NCBI GenBank assembly: GCA_963796455.1
Contig: CAWCLO010000001.1
Location: 1,152,001 to 1,216,000 of the forward strand
Direction of reading: 5' to 3'
DNA: 64,000 nt
From: Candidatus Sulfomarinibacteraceae bacterium
GTDB taxonomy: Bacteria; Acidobacteriota; Thermoanaerobaculia; Thermoanaerobaculales; Sulfomarinibacteraceae
The notes below the pieces were generated by a model. The model was not told the origin of the DNA. It worked only from the letters and a program-made list of their open reading frames with translations, and did no database searches. How positions within the stretch are numbered: the stretch's first letter is position 1; each line of letters starts with the position of its first letter. This document shows positions 27,892 to 39,086 of the stretch, piece after piece. Made by a program: the position numbers and the translations under genes.

Positions 27892-28965
27892 TCAGAGAAC
27901 AGGTTCCGGAGCCGGTAAATTCTCCACCAGGGCATTCCAGACGGATGTCCGTTTTTCTTCAAACTCGTTCTCACCGGTCCGGAGGAGGAAGAGCGCCGGG
28001 AGATCGAGGCTCTCGGCGAGACTGAATCCCTCGTCGGGGCCCAGAACCTCAAGTGCCGTCGCAATGGCATCAGCGGTCATGCAGGACGCATGAACGACCG
28101 AAACCGAAGCCAGATCATGGGTGATCGGCCTGCCGGTTCTTGGATCGATGGTGTGGGAAACCCGCCGGCCATCCCGGAAGAAAAAATTCCGATAGTCCCC
28201 GGAGGTTGCAAGGGCGAGGTCGGCAAGAGGGATGGCCACATGCACTGCGCGACCACCGGAATCGGGCCGTTCGATGCCGATGCGCCACACCTCGTCTCGC
28301 CCATTGCGCCCTCGAGTCGCGACCTCGCCACCGATTTCCACCATGTACCGCGCAATCCCCGAGTCATAAATTGCGGCTGCCACCTGGTCGACCGCAAAGC
28401 CCTTGGCAATGGCCGAAAGATCGATCCGGCACTCGGGCCTACTCTTCCTGACGGTGTTCGAGCTTTCGTCAACCTGGAGTTGTTGGAATCCGGTGAAAAA
28501 CAATAGATCGAGCAACGTCTCGTCGTCGGGGCTTTCCGTCGCGCCGCCCGGGCCAAAGCCCCAGGCATCCACCAGGGGCCCGACGGTGATGTCGAAGGCC
28601 CCACCGGTGAGGCGCGAAACCCGCTGGGCTTCCGCCACAACCACCGCAAAGTCCCTCGAGGCCGGGAAGACCTCGACGCCGTGGCGATTGAAGACATTGA
28701 TCTCCGAATCCGCACGATAGGTTGACATGGCGCGATCCACCCGATCGATCACATCACGGACAAGCGCCGCAAGCTCGGTTTTGACCGCCGTCCCTTCACC
28801 CTCAGCAACGACCTTGACCGTGAATGTGGTGCCGAACGCAGGACCTGTCACGACCCATTGATCGACATCGGCACTGCGGTCCGGTTGGCGGAACAACACC
28901 ACCAGAAACAACGCAGCGACGAAAACAGCCGGAACGATGAAGCGTCGCGGAGAAAGAGAAGACAT
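27892..28965 (-). CDS. apbE: FAD:protein FMN transferase
   Basis: GAFDITVGPL, DLSAIAKG, EIGGE, ATSGDYRN, SHTIDPRTG, ADAIATA. Confidence 0.95.
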   Translation of the reverse strand: MSSLSPRRFIVPAVFVAALFLVVLFRQPDRSADVDQWVVTGPAFGTTFTVKVVAEGEGTAVKTELAALVRDVIDRVDRAMSTYRADSEINVFNRHGVEVFPASRDFAVVVAEAQRVSRLTGGAFDITVGPLVDAWGFGPGGATESPDDETLLDLLFFTGFQQLQVDESSNTVRKSRPECRIDLSAIAKGFAVDQVAAAIYDSGIARYMVEIGGEVATRGRNGRDEVWRIGIERPDSGGRAVHVAIPLADLALATSGDYRNFFFRDGRRVSHTIDPRTGRPITHDLASVSVVHASCMTADAIATALEVLGPDEGFSLAESLDLPALFLLRTGENEFEEKRTSVWNALVENLPAPEPVL

Positions 28966-28999
28966 CGCCGACCTCTATTCGGGATCCCGGCCCTTGAAC

Positions 29000-30226
29000 T
29001 CAGCCGCCGAAATCGTCGAGCAGGATATTCTCGGGTTCGACCCCGAGATCGAGCAACATGTTGACCACCGCCTGGTTCATCATGGGTGGGCCGCACATAT
29101 AGTACTCGACGTCCTCAGGAGCGGGGTGTTCCTTGAGGTAGTTGTCATAGACCACCTGGTGGATGAATCCCTTGTCTCCGTTCCAATCATCCTCCGGGAG
29201 CGGATCGGACAATGCCAGATGCCAATCGAAGTTCTCGTTGTCTGCGTCGATGCTGTCGAAGTGTTCCTGGTAGAAGGCTTCGCGCAGACTGCGCGCGCCG
29301 TACCAGAACGAAACCTTGCGATCGGTGCGGAGCCGCAAGAACTGGTCGAAGATATGCGATCGCATGGGCGCCATGCCGGCGCCACCGCCGATGAACACCA
29401 TCTCGTTGGCGGTGTCCCTGGCGAAGAACTCGCCAAACGGGCCCGAAATAGTGACCTCATCCCCCGGTTTGAGGCTGAAGATATACGACGACATGATGCC
29501 CGGTGGCACATCCGGCATATTGGGCGGCGGTGAGGCGATCCGGACATTGAGCATGATGATGTCCTTCTCCTCCGGATAGCTCGCCATCGAGTAGGCCCGA
29601 CTCACCCCTTCGTCGACCTTCGACACAAAGCGCCACATGTCGAACTTGTCCCAATCTTCGCGGTATTCGTCCTCGATTTCGAAGTCGGCATACCGGACTT
29701 CGTGGGGCGGACACTCGATCTGGATGTAACCCCCGGCACGGAAGGGCACTTCTTCACCCTCGGGAAGTTCGAGGACCAACTCTTTGATAAACGTTGCGAC
29801 GTTGTGGTTCGAACGGACCTTGCAGACCCATTTGCGAACGCTGAAGATCGCAGGTTCCACCTCGATCTTCATGTCCTGTTTGACCTTGACCTGACACGAG
29901 AGTCGAACCCCGGCCCGCGCCTCGCCACGACTGACGTGGGACGTTTCGGTCGGCAACAGCGCGCCGCCGCCTTCCAGCACCTCGACCTTGCAGACGCCAC
30001 AGGTTCCTTTTCCGCCACACGCTGATGGGATAAAGATCTTCTGCGCACCGAGCGTGTTGAGAAGGGTGTCGCCCGCCGCGGTGACGATCGCCTTGTCGGG
30101 GTCGTCATTGACGGTGATCGTCACATCCCCGGAGGCCACGAGCTTGGATTTGGCGATCATCAGGACCACCACCAAGGCCACGATGACGATTACGAAAACG
30201 GCGACTCCGAGGACGATTGTGACCAT
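29000..30226 (-). CDS. nqrF: Na+-translocating NADH:quinone reductase subunit F
   Basis: [46 protein letters not shown]. Confidence 0.97.
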   Translation of the reverse strand: MVTIVLGVAVFVIVIVALVVVLMIAKSKLVASGDVTITVNDDPDKAIVTAAGDTLLNTLGAQKIFIPSACGGKGTCGVCKVEVLEGGGALLPTETSHVSRGEARAGVRLSCQVKVKQDMKIEVEPAIFSVRKWVCKVRSNHNVATFIKELVLELPEGEEVPFRAGGYIQIECPPHEVRYADFEIEDEYREDWDKFDMWRFVSKVDEGVSRAYSMASYPEEKDIIMLNVRIASPPPNMPDVPPGIMSSYIFSLKPGDEVTISGPFGEFFARDTANEMVFIGGGAGMAPMRSHIFDQFLRLRTDRKVSFWYGARSLREAFYQEHFDSIDADNENFDWHLALSDPLPEDDWNGDKGFIHQVVYDNYLKEHPAPEDVEYYMCGPPMMNQAVVNMLLDLGVEPENILLDDFGG

Positions 30227-30238
30227 CAATTCACCTGC

Positions 30239-30856
30239 CTACAGCTGGATCCCAGAAAACGCCATGAAGCCGATCGCCATCAACCCGGTCACCAGAAATG
30301 TAATGCCCAGACCGCGCAACGCGGGCGGGACGTTGGAATAGACCATTTTTTCTCGGATCGCGGCCAGGGCGACGATCGCGAGCCAGAACCCGAAACCCGA
30401 GCCGAAACCGAAGACACCGCTTTCAGCCAGAGTGTAGTCGCGCTCGACCATAAACAGGGATCCTCCGAGAATCGCGCAGTTGACCGCGATCAGGGGGAGA
30501 AACACCCCGAGCGCCGCGTAGAGTTTTGGTGCATAGCGGTCGAGGGTCATTTCGACGATCTGCACCGACGCGGCGATCGATCCGATGAAAGCCAGGAACC
30601 GGACAAAACTGAGGTCAACACCGGCCCATGCTGGGTTCAACCACGTCAGTGCACCTTCTTTGAGGAGGTAGTTGTAGACGAGGTTGTTGAGCGGAGTGGT
30701 CACCGTCAGTACGAAGGTCACCGCCGCGCCGAGCCCGAGCGCCGTGTCGACCCTCTTCGACACCGCGAGGAACGAGCACATGCCGAGGAAGAAGGCGAGC
30801 GCCATGTTCTCGACAAAGATCGCCTTGACCGCGAGGCTGAGGTAGTGTTCAAGCAT
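30239..30856 (-). CDS. nqrE: Na+-NQR subunit E
   Basis: [36 protein letters not shown]. Confidence 0.96.
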   Translation of the reverse strand: MLEHYLSLAVKAIFVENMALAFFLGMCSFLAVSKRVDTALGLGAAVTFVLTVTTPLNNLVYNYLLKEGALTWLNPAWAGVDLSFVRFLAFIGSIAASVQIVEMTLDRYAPKLYAALGVFLPLIAVNCAILGGSLFMVERDYTLAESGVFGFGSGFGFWLAIVALAAIREKMVYSNVPPALRGLGITFLVTGLMAIGFMAFSGIQL

Positions 30857-30857
30857 C

Positions 30858-31478
30858 TCAGTCCTCCTGCAATTCGGGCTTCCACGTGCGCAGGAGCCAG
30901 ATCAATATCCCGATGATGAAAAACGCCCCCGGCGCCAGTACGAAGAGTCCATTCGGTTGGTACCAGCCTCCGTCGGTAACAAGAGGCAGCACCTGGAATC
31001 CAAACAACTTCCCGGAGCCGATCAGTTCGCGCAGAAACCCGACCACAATCAGGATCAAGCTGTAGCCGAGCCCGTTGCCGAGGCCATCGAGCAGGCTGTC
31101 GAAGGGAGGGTTCTGCATTGCATAGGCTTCCGCCCGACCCATCACGATGCAATTGGTGATGATCAACCCGACAAAGACCGAGAGTTGTTTGGAGATATCA
31201 AAGAAAAACGCCTGCAGAATCTGATCGGTGACGATCACCAGAGAAGCGATGACCGTTAACTGCACGATGATTCGGATCGACGGCGGAATCAGGTTTCGGA
31301 TGATGGAGATGATGAGGTTTGAGAGGGACATCACGGCGATCACCGCGATCGACATCACCACGGATGTCTCGAGTTTGGTGGTGACCGCCAGCGCCGAACA
31401 GATACCCAGTACCTGAGCGGTAATCGGGTTGTCATTGAACAGAGGGTCGAGGAGGGCGCTCTTCTGCTTCGAGTTCAT
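30858..31478 (-). CDS. nqrD: Na+-NQR subunit D
   Basis: [28 protein letters not shown]. Confidence 0.96.
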   Translation of the reverse strand: MNSKQKSALLDPLFNDNPITAQVLGICSALAVTTKLETSVVMSIAVIAVMSLSNLIISIIRNLIPPSIRIIVQLTVIASLVIVTDQILQAFFFDISKQLSVFVGLIITNCIVMGRAEAYAMQNPPFDSLLDGLGNGLGYSLILIVVGFLRELIGSGKLFGFQVLPLVTDGGWYQPNGLFVLAPGAFFIIGILIWLLRTWKPELQED

Positions 31479-32260
31479 CGGCTGTCCCCCTCGCCACGGA
31501 GATTCTCGAGATAGGGATCAAAACCGTTTTCGCCTAGCCAGAACTGGACCAGATTGGTAACGCCACGAGCCGTCAGCGTCGAACCCGAAAGCCCGTCGAC
31601 CCGGTACGGGTCCTCGTCCACAGATCCGGCAACGCCCTTCATGACTTCGATCGCCGGTTCCCAGTTCTCATCATATGCCTGGCGACCGACCCACAGCGCC
31701 TTCCAACTCGGATTGTCAACCTCTCCACCAAGCCCGGGCGTCTCCCCATGCTCGTAAAAGGTGATGCCCTCGATGGTCGTCGTATCGGACCCGAGAGCCA
31801 GGTATCCGTAGAGTGTCGACCACAGACCCTTCCCTTCAACAGGAAGAATCAGCGACCGGATTTCGCCGTCCTCGAGACGCTGATACACCAGCGCCTTTTC
31901 AGGCAACCGGGTCAGCCCGGCATTATTGGTCGGCGCCGTCTCGCTCAGGGCGGGGTCCCGGGTTGCTTTCCGCTGGTCATACGCAGCGGCATCCATCTCG
32001 TCGTCGTATTCACCACTCTCGAGATCGACAACCCGGGGAACGATATTGCCCTGAAAGAGGAGTTCGATCTCCTCGGGTGAGGCAGACTGCCCCGGTTCCA
32101 ACAAACCGGCCACTACCAGGACCTGGGTCTGGCGATCAAGGACCTTGTTCCGATCCTGACGAGCCCTGAGACCCACGGCTGAGGTCGAAACCACGATCGA
32201 ACACACCAGACAGACCGCGGTCGCGAAGCCGATGATATACGCGTTACTGTACGACCGCAT
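31475..32260 (-). CDS. nqrC: Na+-NQR subunit C
   Basis: [18 protein letters not shown]-attachment motif DGLSGSTLT. Confidence 0.95.
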   Translation of the reverse strand: MRSYSNAYIIGFATAVCLVCSIVVSTSAVGLRARQDRNKVLDRQTQVLVVAGLLEPGQSASPEEIELLFQGNIVPRVVDLESGEYDDEMDAAAYDQRKATRDPALSETAPTNNAGLTRLPEKALVYQRLEDGEIRSLILPVEGKGLWSTLYGYLALGSDTTTIEGITFYEHGETPGLGGEVDNPSWKALWVGRQAYDENWEPAIEVMKGVAGSVDEDPYRVDGLSGSTLTARGVTNLVQFWLGENGFDPYLENLRGEGDSR

Positions 32261-33476
32261 TGCGCGCTAACCTCCGTTTGATATTCGCCTGCACGAAGAA
32301 ATGGTCGATGAACGGGGCAAACATATTCATGAAGAGAATCGCCAGCATCATCCCCTCGGGATAGGCCGGATTGACCACCCGCACCAGAACCACCATCACC
32401 CCGATGCCAAAGCCGTAAATCAGTTTGCCCTTTTCGGTGAATGCCGACGACACCGGGTCGGTGGCCATGAAAACGGCACCAAAGGCCCATCCGCCAAGCA
32501 CGATGTGCCACAGGAAGGGGACGCCGAAGAAGGGGTTGGTGTCCGAACCGATGCCGTTGAGAAGCACGCTCGTCAGCAACGTGCCGACGGTGACGCCAAG
32601 CATGGTCCGCCACGAGCCGATCTGCGTCACGATGAGAATTGCCGCACCCAGAAAACACAGTGCCGCCGAGGTCTCGCCCATGGAACCCGGTACGAAGCCC
32701 AGGAACGAGTCCCACCAGAGACTGTTTCCGACCTCTCCCAGCGCCGCGGTTCCATCCGCGGCCGCCCGCGACAACCACGTCGCACCCGAAAAACCATCGA
32801 CCCCGGCGAAATCGGCCGCGATCCACGGTTTGTCACCCGATATCTCCGCCGGATAGGCAAAGAAAAGAAAGGCCCGGGCGGTCAGCGCCGGGTTGAGCAC
32901 GTTCATGCCGGTGCCGCCGAAGATCTCCTTGCCGATGAGCACCCCGAAGATCGCACCTGTCGCGACCTGCCACAGGGGAATGGTCGGTGGCAGCGTCAAA
33001 GGCAGAAGAAAACCGGTGACGAAGAATCCCTCGTTGACCTCGTGCCCGCGGACACAGGCAAAGATCACCTCGACCGTGCCGCCGGCAGCGAAGGTGACCA
33101 CAATCACCGGAATGAAATACAGAGCACCATAGACGAAACAGGACCAGAAGCCTCCCTCGAAACCGAACCCAAGGGCCTGGAAAAGCGCGGTCTGCCAGTT
33201 CTCGAGGGGTTGAGCGCCCGCCCCGATCGCCCGGAAGGCCTGCATCCCCGTGTTGTACATCGCAAAGAAAACAATCGGCATCAACGCGAACACCACTACC
33301 GACATCATCCGTTTGAGATCGAGCGCCTCACGGACGTGGGTCGATCCGGTGGTGACCTTGCCGGGGGTGAAGAAGATCGTATCGACCGCCTCAAAAAGCG
33401 GATACAGGTGATCGAGCTTTCCACCGGACTGGAATCGATCCCTCTGGGAGTCGAGAATTCGGCGAAGAATACGCAT
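32244..33476 (-). CDS. nqrB: Na+-NQR subunit B
   Basis: [36 protein letters not shown]. Confidence 0.96.
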   Translation of the reverse strand: MRILRRILDSQRDRFQSGGKLDHLYPLFEAVDTIFFTPGKVTTGSTHVREALDLKRMMSVVVFALMPIVFFAMYNTGMQAFRAIGAGAQPLENWQTALFQALGFGFEGGFWSCFVYGALYFIPVIVVTFAAGGTVEVIFACVRGHEVNEGFFVTGFLLPLTLPPTIPLWQVATGAIFGVLIGKEIFGGTGMNVLNPALTARAFLFFAYPAEISGDKPWIAADFAGVDGFSGATWLSRAAADGTAALGEVGNSLWWDSFLGFVPGSMGETSAALCFLGAAILIVTQIGSWRTMLGVTVGTLLTSVLLNGIGSDTNPFFGVPFLWHIVLGGWAFGAVFMATDPVSSAFTEKGKLIYGFGIGVMVVLVRVVNPAYPEGMMLAILFMNMFAPFIDHFFVQANIKRRLARNAVVQ

Positions 33477-34858
33477 CACCCCTCCTTCCAGATCTCTGAA
33501 AGGGTTCGACGCAAGGCCGGAGCGTAGTCCTCCTTGCCAGGGCTCACAAAGGAGCAGAGGGCGAGATCTTCTTCATCGAGTTCCAGGCACCCGAGCGCCT
33601 CAGCGCGTTCGAGATCATTCATCAACAGCGCCCGCAACAAAAAGGTCGGCATGATATCCAGCGGCATGACTTTTTCAAAGAGCCCGATCGGAACCATGGC
33701 TCGGTGGCCACCCTGGGAGCTGGTCGTGAAATCGTATTTTGTCGAGGACCCGCGCAGACTCGAGAGATAGGCGCGGGTCGTCGTGAACAGATCGGAACCG
33801 GGCCATATCCAGCCGAGGAAGCGGCGCCGGTGGTCCTCTGCCAGGCAGGTCAGTTGATTGGAGTAGCGGCCGAGGTAACCCTCGATCTCCCCCATCGCCC
33901 ACCGGCCGTAAAGCACCGATCCCGAGACGATCCTCGGTTCGCCCGGAAAAAGCTCGCGGCCGACGAGGGGCAGGGTCTCGGCCCCGAGCCGCGTGGTGAT
34001 CAGACGTGGCTTTTGAACCAATGGGCCGCAAATGGCGATCACTCGTTCGACCGGCAAGCGGCCGGTGGCCACGAGCTGGCCGATAGCCACCACATCCTGA
34101 TAACCGACATACCAGACTTTTTTCCTGCGATGGACCGGATCCAGTATGTGGATATGGGTTCCGACCAGCCCGGCTGGATGCTTGCCGTGAAAATCTTCAA
34201 CCTGGACCCGATCAACGCCCCCAGCATCGAGAGTCGACCCGGGGCCACGACAGAGAAAGACCTTGCCTTCGGTCAACTTCGCTACCGCCGCCAGGCCGCG
34301 TTGAAACCCATCGCGGTCTTCTTCGAGAACCACATCAGGATTGGGGGCGAGGGGATTGGTATCGGTGGCTGTGACAAAAATCGAGTGGCAACTCTCACTC
34401 GGTGACGGGACATTCGAGAAGGGTCGACTGCGGATCGCCGTCCACAACCCGGACTCCACCAGCAGATCGCGCACATCATGCCCGCTCAGATCTGCGATAC
34501 CCCGGCCGCTGTAGCTCTCGAAACTCTGGAGGTCGGACTCGGTGGGCCGGCCCTCGGCTTCGCTCGAGCTCAGCTCGATCACCACGGATTGAAAGGCCCT
34601 CCGCATGCCGCGATTGACGGCCGAGACCGTTCCAGCGCCCGGCGCCGTAAATCGCACCCCTTCGATCTTTCGATCCTCGAATAACAATTGACCCCTGGTG
34701 ACCGCATCGCCCACCTGGACGTGCATCCTCGGCTTCATAAAGGGATAGTCGTGTGCGAGGATCGCCACCTTTTCGACCTTTGGACCCGGATGCACACGCT
34801 GTTCCGGTGCCCCCGTGATCGGGAGGTCGAGGCCCTTTTTGATGACGTGAACTGCCAT
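33476..34858 (-). CDS. nqrA: Na+-NQR subunit A
   Basis: [38 protein letters not shown]. Confidence 0.96.
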   Translation of the reverse strand: MAVHVIKKGLDLPITGAPEQRVHPGPKVEKVAILAHDYPFMKPRMHVQVGDAVTRGQLLFEDRKIEGVRFTAPGAGTVSAVNRGMRRAFQSVVIELSSSEAEGRPTESDLQSFESYSGRGIADLSGHDVRDLLVESGLWTAIRSRPFSNVPSPSESCHSIFVTATDTNPLAPNPDVVLEEDRDGFQRGLAAVAKLTEGKVFLCRGPGSTLDAGGVDRVQVEDFHGKHPAGLVGTHIHILDPVHRRKKVWYVGYQDVVAIGQLVATGRLPVERVIAICGPLVQKPRLITTRLGAETLPLVGRELFPGEPRIVSGSVLYGRWAMGEIEGYLGRYSNQLTCLAEDHRRRFLGWIWPGSDLFTTTRAYLSSLRGSSTKYDFTTSSQGGHRAMVPIGLFEKVMPLDIMPTFLLRALLMNDLERAEALGCLELDEEDLALCSFVSPGKEDYAPALRRTLSEIWKEG

Positions 34859-35018
34859 TGTTGCCCTTTTCCGCTCGTCGCGAAGGATCTTTCGCAGACG
34901 GGCGCACAGAGGATAACAAGTTCATGGCGGTTGGGAAATCCCAAAACCGGATATCTTCCCGCCGATGGCGGTGTTAAGCTGTCAAAAATCGCTCGTGACG
35001 AGGGAGGAGGACACGCCG

Positions 35019-35549
35019 ATGGCGAAAACTCCAATAGTCCGTGACACGATGAAGAAAGCGGCACGAACCTTCACGCAGGAAGATGATATGGCCGACTGCA
35101 TGAGCGCCTTGGCACGCTCGTCATTTGCCGCCGTCCCGGTCGTCGATCGTCAGGGTCAGGTGGTCGGCATGCTCACCGAGAAGGACGTGCTCCGGACCAT
35201 CATCGAGTGGGCCTATGACGAACGGGCCGGCGGCAATGTCGGTGACTACATGTCGGATCTCGATGTGATGGTGTCACCTGAGATGGATCTGCTGACCGCC
35301 GCTCGCGCATTCATGGAGTGCAACTTCTCCTGTCTGCCGGTTCTGAAGGGCGATTCGCTGGTCGGACGACTCACCCGCCACGACTGCCTCAAGGCAATCG
35401 AAAAGTGGGCGACGGAGATCAACAAGGAGCGGGCCAAACGGATGAAATCATCCTCGGGCCACGATCGTCCCTCAGCCATGGGAGAGATCCAAAAGGTCGC
35501 GGCCTCCCACACCCGGAAGCAGCTCACACAGATATTCCGCAAGCACTGA
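35019..35549 (+). CDS. CBS-domain pair protein
   Basis: VPVVD...GMLTEKD, LPVLKG...VGRLTRHD; GGAGG RBS. Confidence 0.85.
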   Translation: MAKTPIVRDTMKKAARTFTQEDDMADCMSALARSSFAAVPVVDRQGQVVGMLTEKDVLRTIIEWAYDERAGGNVGDYMSDLDVMVSPEMDLLTAARAFMECNFSCLPVLKGDSLVGRLTRHDCLKAIEKWATEINKERAKRMKSSSGHDRPSAMGEIQKVAASHTRKQLTQIFRKH

Positions 35550-35665
35550 TCAAATCGGTGTGCCCGATGGGGGCTGTACACAGAACATCCGCTGCGGACG
35601 GATTTGATCCCGGGGGATGACAACCCGAGAGGCATGTCGATCGTCGAAGATGCAGGAGGTCGACG

Positions 35666-36205
35666 ATGCCACTCATGATTCGCCTGGTCGCGGCCATTAT
35701 TCTCGCGGCAATCTCGCTCTCGTGCTCGAGCATGTCCGTGCGCGCGGATCATGATTCCGAAGTGGATTTCTCGAAGTACTCTTCGTTTGCCCTCTTCGAA
35801 CGTCCCGGCAAGGAGCGGCGGCGACCACAGATGAGCGAATTGGTGGACCGCAGGATCGCGACCGCCATGAAAACGGAGCTGCAGGGCAAGGGTTTCGAGA
35901 CCGCCCAGCCGCACGATGCCGACTTTCTGATCACCTTCCACACGGCCGTTCGGCAACGGGTGGTGGTCAACCGTTCGGGCTGGTACGGGTGGGGCCGGTG
36001 GGGACGATGGGGCTGGGGTGGCGGCGCCACCCGGGTGGGCAGCTACCCGGAAGGAAGTCTGGTCATCGACATCATCGACCGCCGCCGCCGCGAGCTGGTA
36101 TGGCGAGGCGTCGGCGAAGGAGCCTTTTCGAAGATGAACCCGTCCGACGACAAGGTCGCCAAACGAGTCGCCAGGATAATGCGCGACTTCCCGCCTGCTG
36201 AGTGA
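35666..36205 (+). CDS. DUF4136-like lipoprotein
   Basis: Lipobox SLSC, VDFSKYSSF, EGSLVIDIID...LVWRG. Confidence 0.8.
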   Translation: MPLMIRLVAAIILAAISLSCSSMSVRADHDSEVDFSKYSSFALFERPGKERRRPQMSELVDRRIATAMKTELQGKGFETAQPHDADFLITFHTAVRQRVVVNRSGWYGWGRWGRWGWGGGATRVGSYPEGSLVIDIIDRRRRELVWRGVGEGAFSKMNPSDDKVAKRVARIMRDFPPAE

Positions 36206-36224
36206 GGGCCTCGCTCATGCGGTG

Positions 36225-36360
36225 AGAACGAAAGGGAGATAGGGAGAACGCCAGTTCACCCTATCCGCCCCCGATCCCGTTCCCGAAAGGGAGCAACATA
36301 CTGGAAGCCGTGCTCGTGACAAGAAACAGGATCTCCCCTGCCCCCCTGCTCCCTTTCACC
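36225..36360. repeat. Degenerate composite repeat locus R9
   Basis: GGGAGA octamers, CCCGATCCCGTTCCCGAAAGGGAG and a linker resembling 12890-12975. Confidence 0.6.
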
Positions 36361-36378
36361 GTTTCTGCTCGATGAAGG

Positions 36379-38343
36379 TCAGCCTGCAGCTTCCTCCAAC
36401 TGGGCCGGCAGAATCTCCGAACCGTACTTCGCCTTGAGTTCCTCGAGGCCGGCGCGCTGCTCCTTGTAAACCTCGAAGAGCTCGGCCGGGACATTGTCCT
36501 CCTTGCCGTAGGCCTCGTTCTGGAGATCGATTCGAGCAATGATCTTGTCCACATACAGGCAAAACTGCATGTCGTAGAGGTCGCGCGGGTAATCCTTCTG
36601 GATCAGATCAGCAAAAAGTTTTTTCAGGTCTTCATACTTGGGGAGGAACCCGATCGGCGTCTCGATGGCGTCAACCTCGTTGAAGCTTCGTCGCTCGAGC
36701 CAACTCAGCCACACCTTGACGTCGCGTTTCTCACCCAGCAGGCGAGTTCCCTCGCCGCCGCGCGCACCCGCGGTCAGAAAGTAGTTGAGGCCGGCCATGA
36801 TCGGTTTGTCGCTGAGATCGTCCGAGTTGAAGAATTCGAACTGAGCGCTCATGTAGTCGGCGAGGGCCCCCGGAATGAATGGCGCGTTGGCCCATGGCTG
36901 CCGACGCACACCGGTCACGCCAACCTCAGTCGCGGTCGAGGCCGACACGATCGATGCCCCGATGGTCACTCCGTGATCCGGGTTCTTTGCCACCCAGATC
37001 GGCGGCATGGTGTCGCTGTCGCGGCCGGAGTAGGTGATGACCTTGACATGCACACCCCTGGGATCCTCGGCGGCCTCCAGATCGTAGTTGCCGATCGCCT
37101 CGTTGGGTACCGTCGCACGCGCATTGGGATGGGAAATGGGGATCGGCTTGCCGTTGGCGTCGGTCTTGCCTTGCCACCATTCGCCCTGGAAGTTCCGCCC
37201 CTTTTCGGAGTGCTCCTCACCGCTGCCGACCCAATGCGGCACCAGGTCGTCGCCGATCAGAACGTTCGAGAAGATGACCTCGGTGCCTTCCTCACGGAGA
37301 CACTTCATCAGATAAGGATCTCCCTCACGGTTGACGTCCTCGACAATACCGAAGATTCCCTTTTCGGGATTGACCGCGCGCATCGTGCCATCGTCGGCAA
37401 TCCACATCTGGGCCAGATCGTCACCGACGAAGCGGTCGCCGGCCATCGCCGTGGTGGTCTTGCCGCAACCGCTCGGGGCGGCGCCGCAGAAATAGCTCTG
37501 GCGTCCTCCAGGACCGTCAAAGCCGGTGATGAACATGTGCTCGGAAAGCTGTTTGCCGCGATGGAAGTAGGTTGCGAGATCGACCGCAAAGCGATGGTTG
37601 CCCTTCTTCATCAGGAGGGTATTGCCCGCATAGGTGCAGAACATCGAATAGGTCGTCAGCCATGAACGGTCCATGAACACCCGGGCATTGGGCAGGTCCT
37701 CCGCCCGCCACGGGCCCTCTGAATGGAGATTCGTGAAGAAAAAGCCGGTGGCCTTCACTTCCTGATCAAAGGTATTGAAGGAATTCCGATAAAGCAGGTT
37801 GGCGCTGTGCATGACGTATGTCGAGCTTGTGATCTCCAAAGCCGGAATGGTTGCGGGGGCGCCCGCAGGACCGCGGTTGAAGAATCCCACCAGCATCGTC
37901 TTGCCCTTCATCACGCCTTTAAGGTGGGTCTCGACGTAGGTGTGGCCCTCGTCTCTGAGGATCTTCTTCGCCAACACGCTGATTTTTTCATCCGGGTTGA
38001 CGATATAAAAGGTCCGATCCACGATTCGCGCCTGCTCTTCGGGCAGATCGAAGTGAATGGTGTGGTCCTTCATCGCCAGCGGCTGTTCTTCACCCTTTTC
38101 GATGCTCATCCGGCGGATGGCCAGCACGTCAGCTTCGCTGCCGCTGTTGATCATCACACTGTCCGGGTCGCACAATGAAATGGAATTGGCGATCTTGAGG
38201 AGGGCATCCTCGGTTGTGATCTTCTCGAGCTTTGCAAGCTCGCCGTCGCTCATCTTTTTCCGGAACAGGGCCTTCGCCCCATCCATGTCCGCGATACCGC
38301 CGAGGTCGCCCAGAATCTCAGTACCCTTTTTGAGCTCAAGCAT
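36379..38343 (-). CDS. pckG: Phosphoenolpyruvate carboxykinase (GTP)
   Basis: YAGN...KK, SEHM, GAAPSGCGKT, VGDD, NPEKGIFG, HPNAR; GGAGG upstream of ATG 38343. Confidence 0.9.
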   Translation of the reverse strand: MLELKKGTEILGDLGGIADMDGAKALFRKKMSDGELAKLEKITTEDALLKIANSISLCDPDSVMINSGSEADVLAIRRMSIEKGEEQPLAMKDHTIHFDLPEEQARIVDRTFYIVNPDEKISVLAKKILRDEGHTYVETHLKGVMKGKTMLVGFFNRGPAGAPATIPALEITSSTYVMHSANLLYRNSFNTFDQEVKATGFFFTNLHSEGPWRAEDLPNARVFMDRSWLTTYSMFCTYAGNTLLMKKGNHRFAVDLATYFHRGKQLSEHMFITGFDGPGGRQSYFCGAAPSGCGKTTTAMAGDRFVGDDLAQMWIADDGTMRAVNPEKGIFGIVEDVNREGDPYLMKCLREEGTEVIFSNVLIGDDLVPHWVGSGEEHSEKGRNFQGEWWQGKTDANGKPIPISHPNARATVPNEAIGNYDLEAAEDPRGVHVKVITYSGRDSDTMPPIWVAKNPDHGVTIGASIVSASTATEVGVTGVRRQPWANAPFIPGALADYMSAQFEFFNSDDLSDKPIMAGLNYFLTAGARGGEGTRLLGEKRDVKVWLSWLERRSFNEVDAIETPIGFLPKYEDLKKLFADLIQKDYPRDLYDMQFCLYVDKIIARIDLQNEAYGKEDNVPAELFEVYKEQRAGLEELKAKYGSEILPAQLEEAAG

Positions 38344-38439
38344 CAGCCTCACCTCCGTGTGCCTTTTTCGTTTCGGTTTTTTCAGATCCCATGACCATCG
38401 TGGCGGGATTATAGCGCGGTCCGGCGGAGGTGAGACGGT

Positions 38440-38900
38440 GAAAGGGAGAAGGGGAGAAAGGGAGAACGCGCAACACGATGCTCGATACTGGATGCTGGAT
38501 TCCGAACCAGGACGACAGATGGCACCGGGGGTGGATGGGCAAAGCACTGCTCGGCATCCTCGCTATCGCTATCGAACGGCTGTTGTGGAAACCTTTCCTG
38601 AATCGGAATGTCGCCTCCTGATGTCATCCTGAGCGGAGCCCCCACCTGGGCGTAGTCGAAGGATCTATGAGACGGACCGCGACCCCCGTCAGCCGCAGAT
38701 CCTTCGACTGCGCGCCAAAGGCGCTTCGCTCAGGATGACATATTGAAAAGGCCCACCGATTCAGTTTCGGATGAGACGAAAGGAGAACGAGCGTCGACAA
38801 CGGAGAAGGGCAGACGTAACGATCGCTCTCTGCTCTCGGAATCGCTATCGCTCATCGCACGGCTGCGGTGGATACTGCTCCTGCATGGGAGAAAGCGGCA
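38440..38900. repeat. Composite repeat locus R10: GGGAGAA octamers, GATGCTG heptamers, ATCGCT hexamers, full GTCATCCTGAGCG hairpin (38621-38741), shared linkers
   Basis: Homologous blocks at 23160-23330 and 12720-12875. Confidence 0.88.
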
Positions 38901-38926
38901 AGGGTACCGTACCTGCTGCTCGTTCG

Positions 38927-39074
38927 TGCTCCTCTGCTCCTCTGCTCCTCTGCTCCTCTGCTCCTCTGCTCCTCTGCTCCTCTGCTCCTCTGCTCCTCTG
39001 CTCCTCTGCTCCTCTGCTCCTCTGCTCCTCTGCTCCTCTGCTCCTCTGCTCCTCTGCTCCTCTGCTCCTCTGCT
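38927..39074. repeat. Perfect tandem repeat (TGCTCCTC) x18.5
   Basis: 148 bp uninterrupted, abutting the TACGAT -10 of the next gene. Confidence 0.97.
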
Positions 39075-39086
39075 ACGATCCCCTCG

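Noticed and set aside
38927..39074. CRISPR array or repeat protein (LLCSSAP / AEEQRSRG ORFs)
   Set aside because: It is a spacerless 8-bp tandem repeat; the ORFs are translations of it and no cas genes are present
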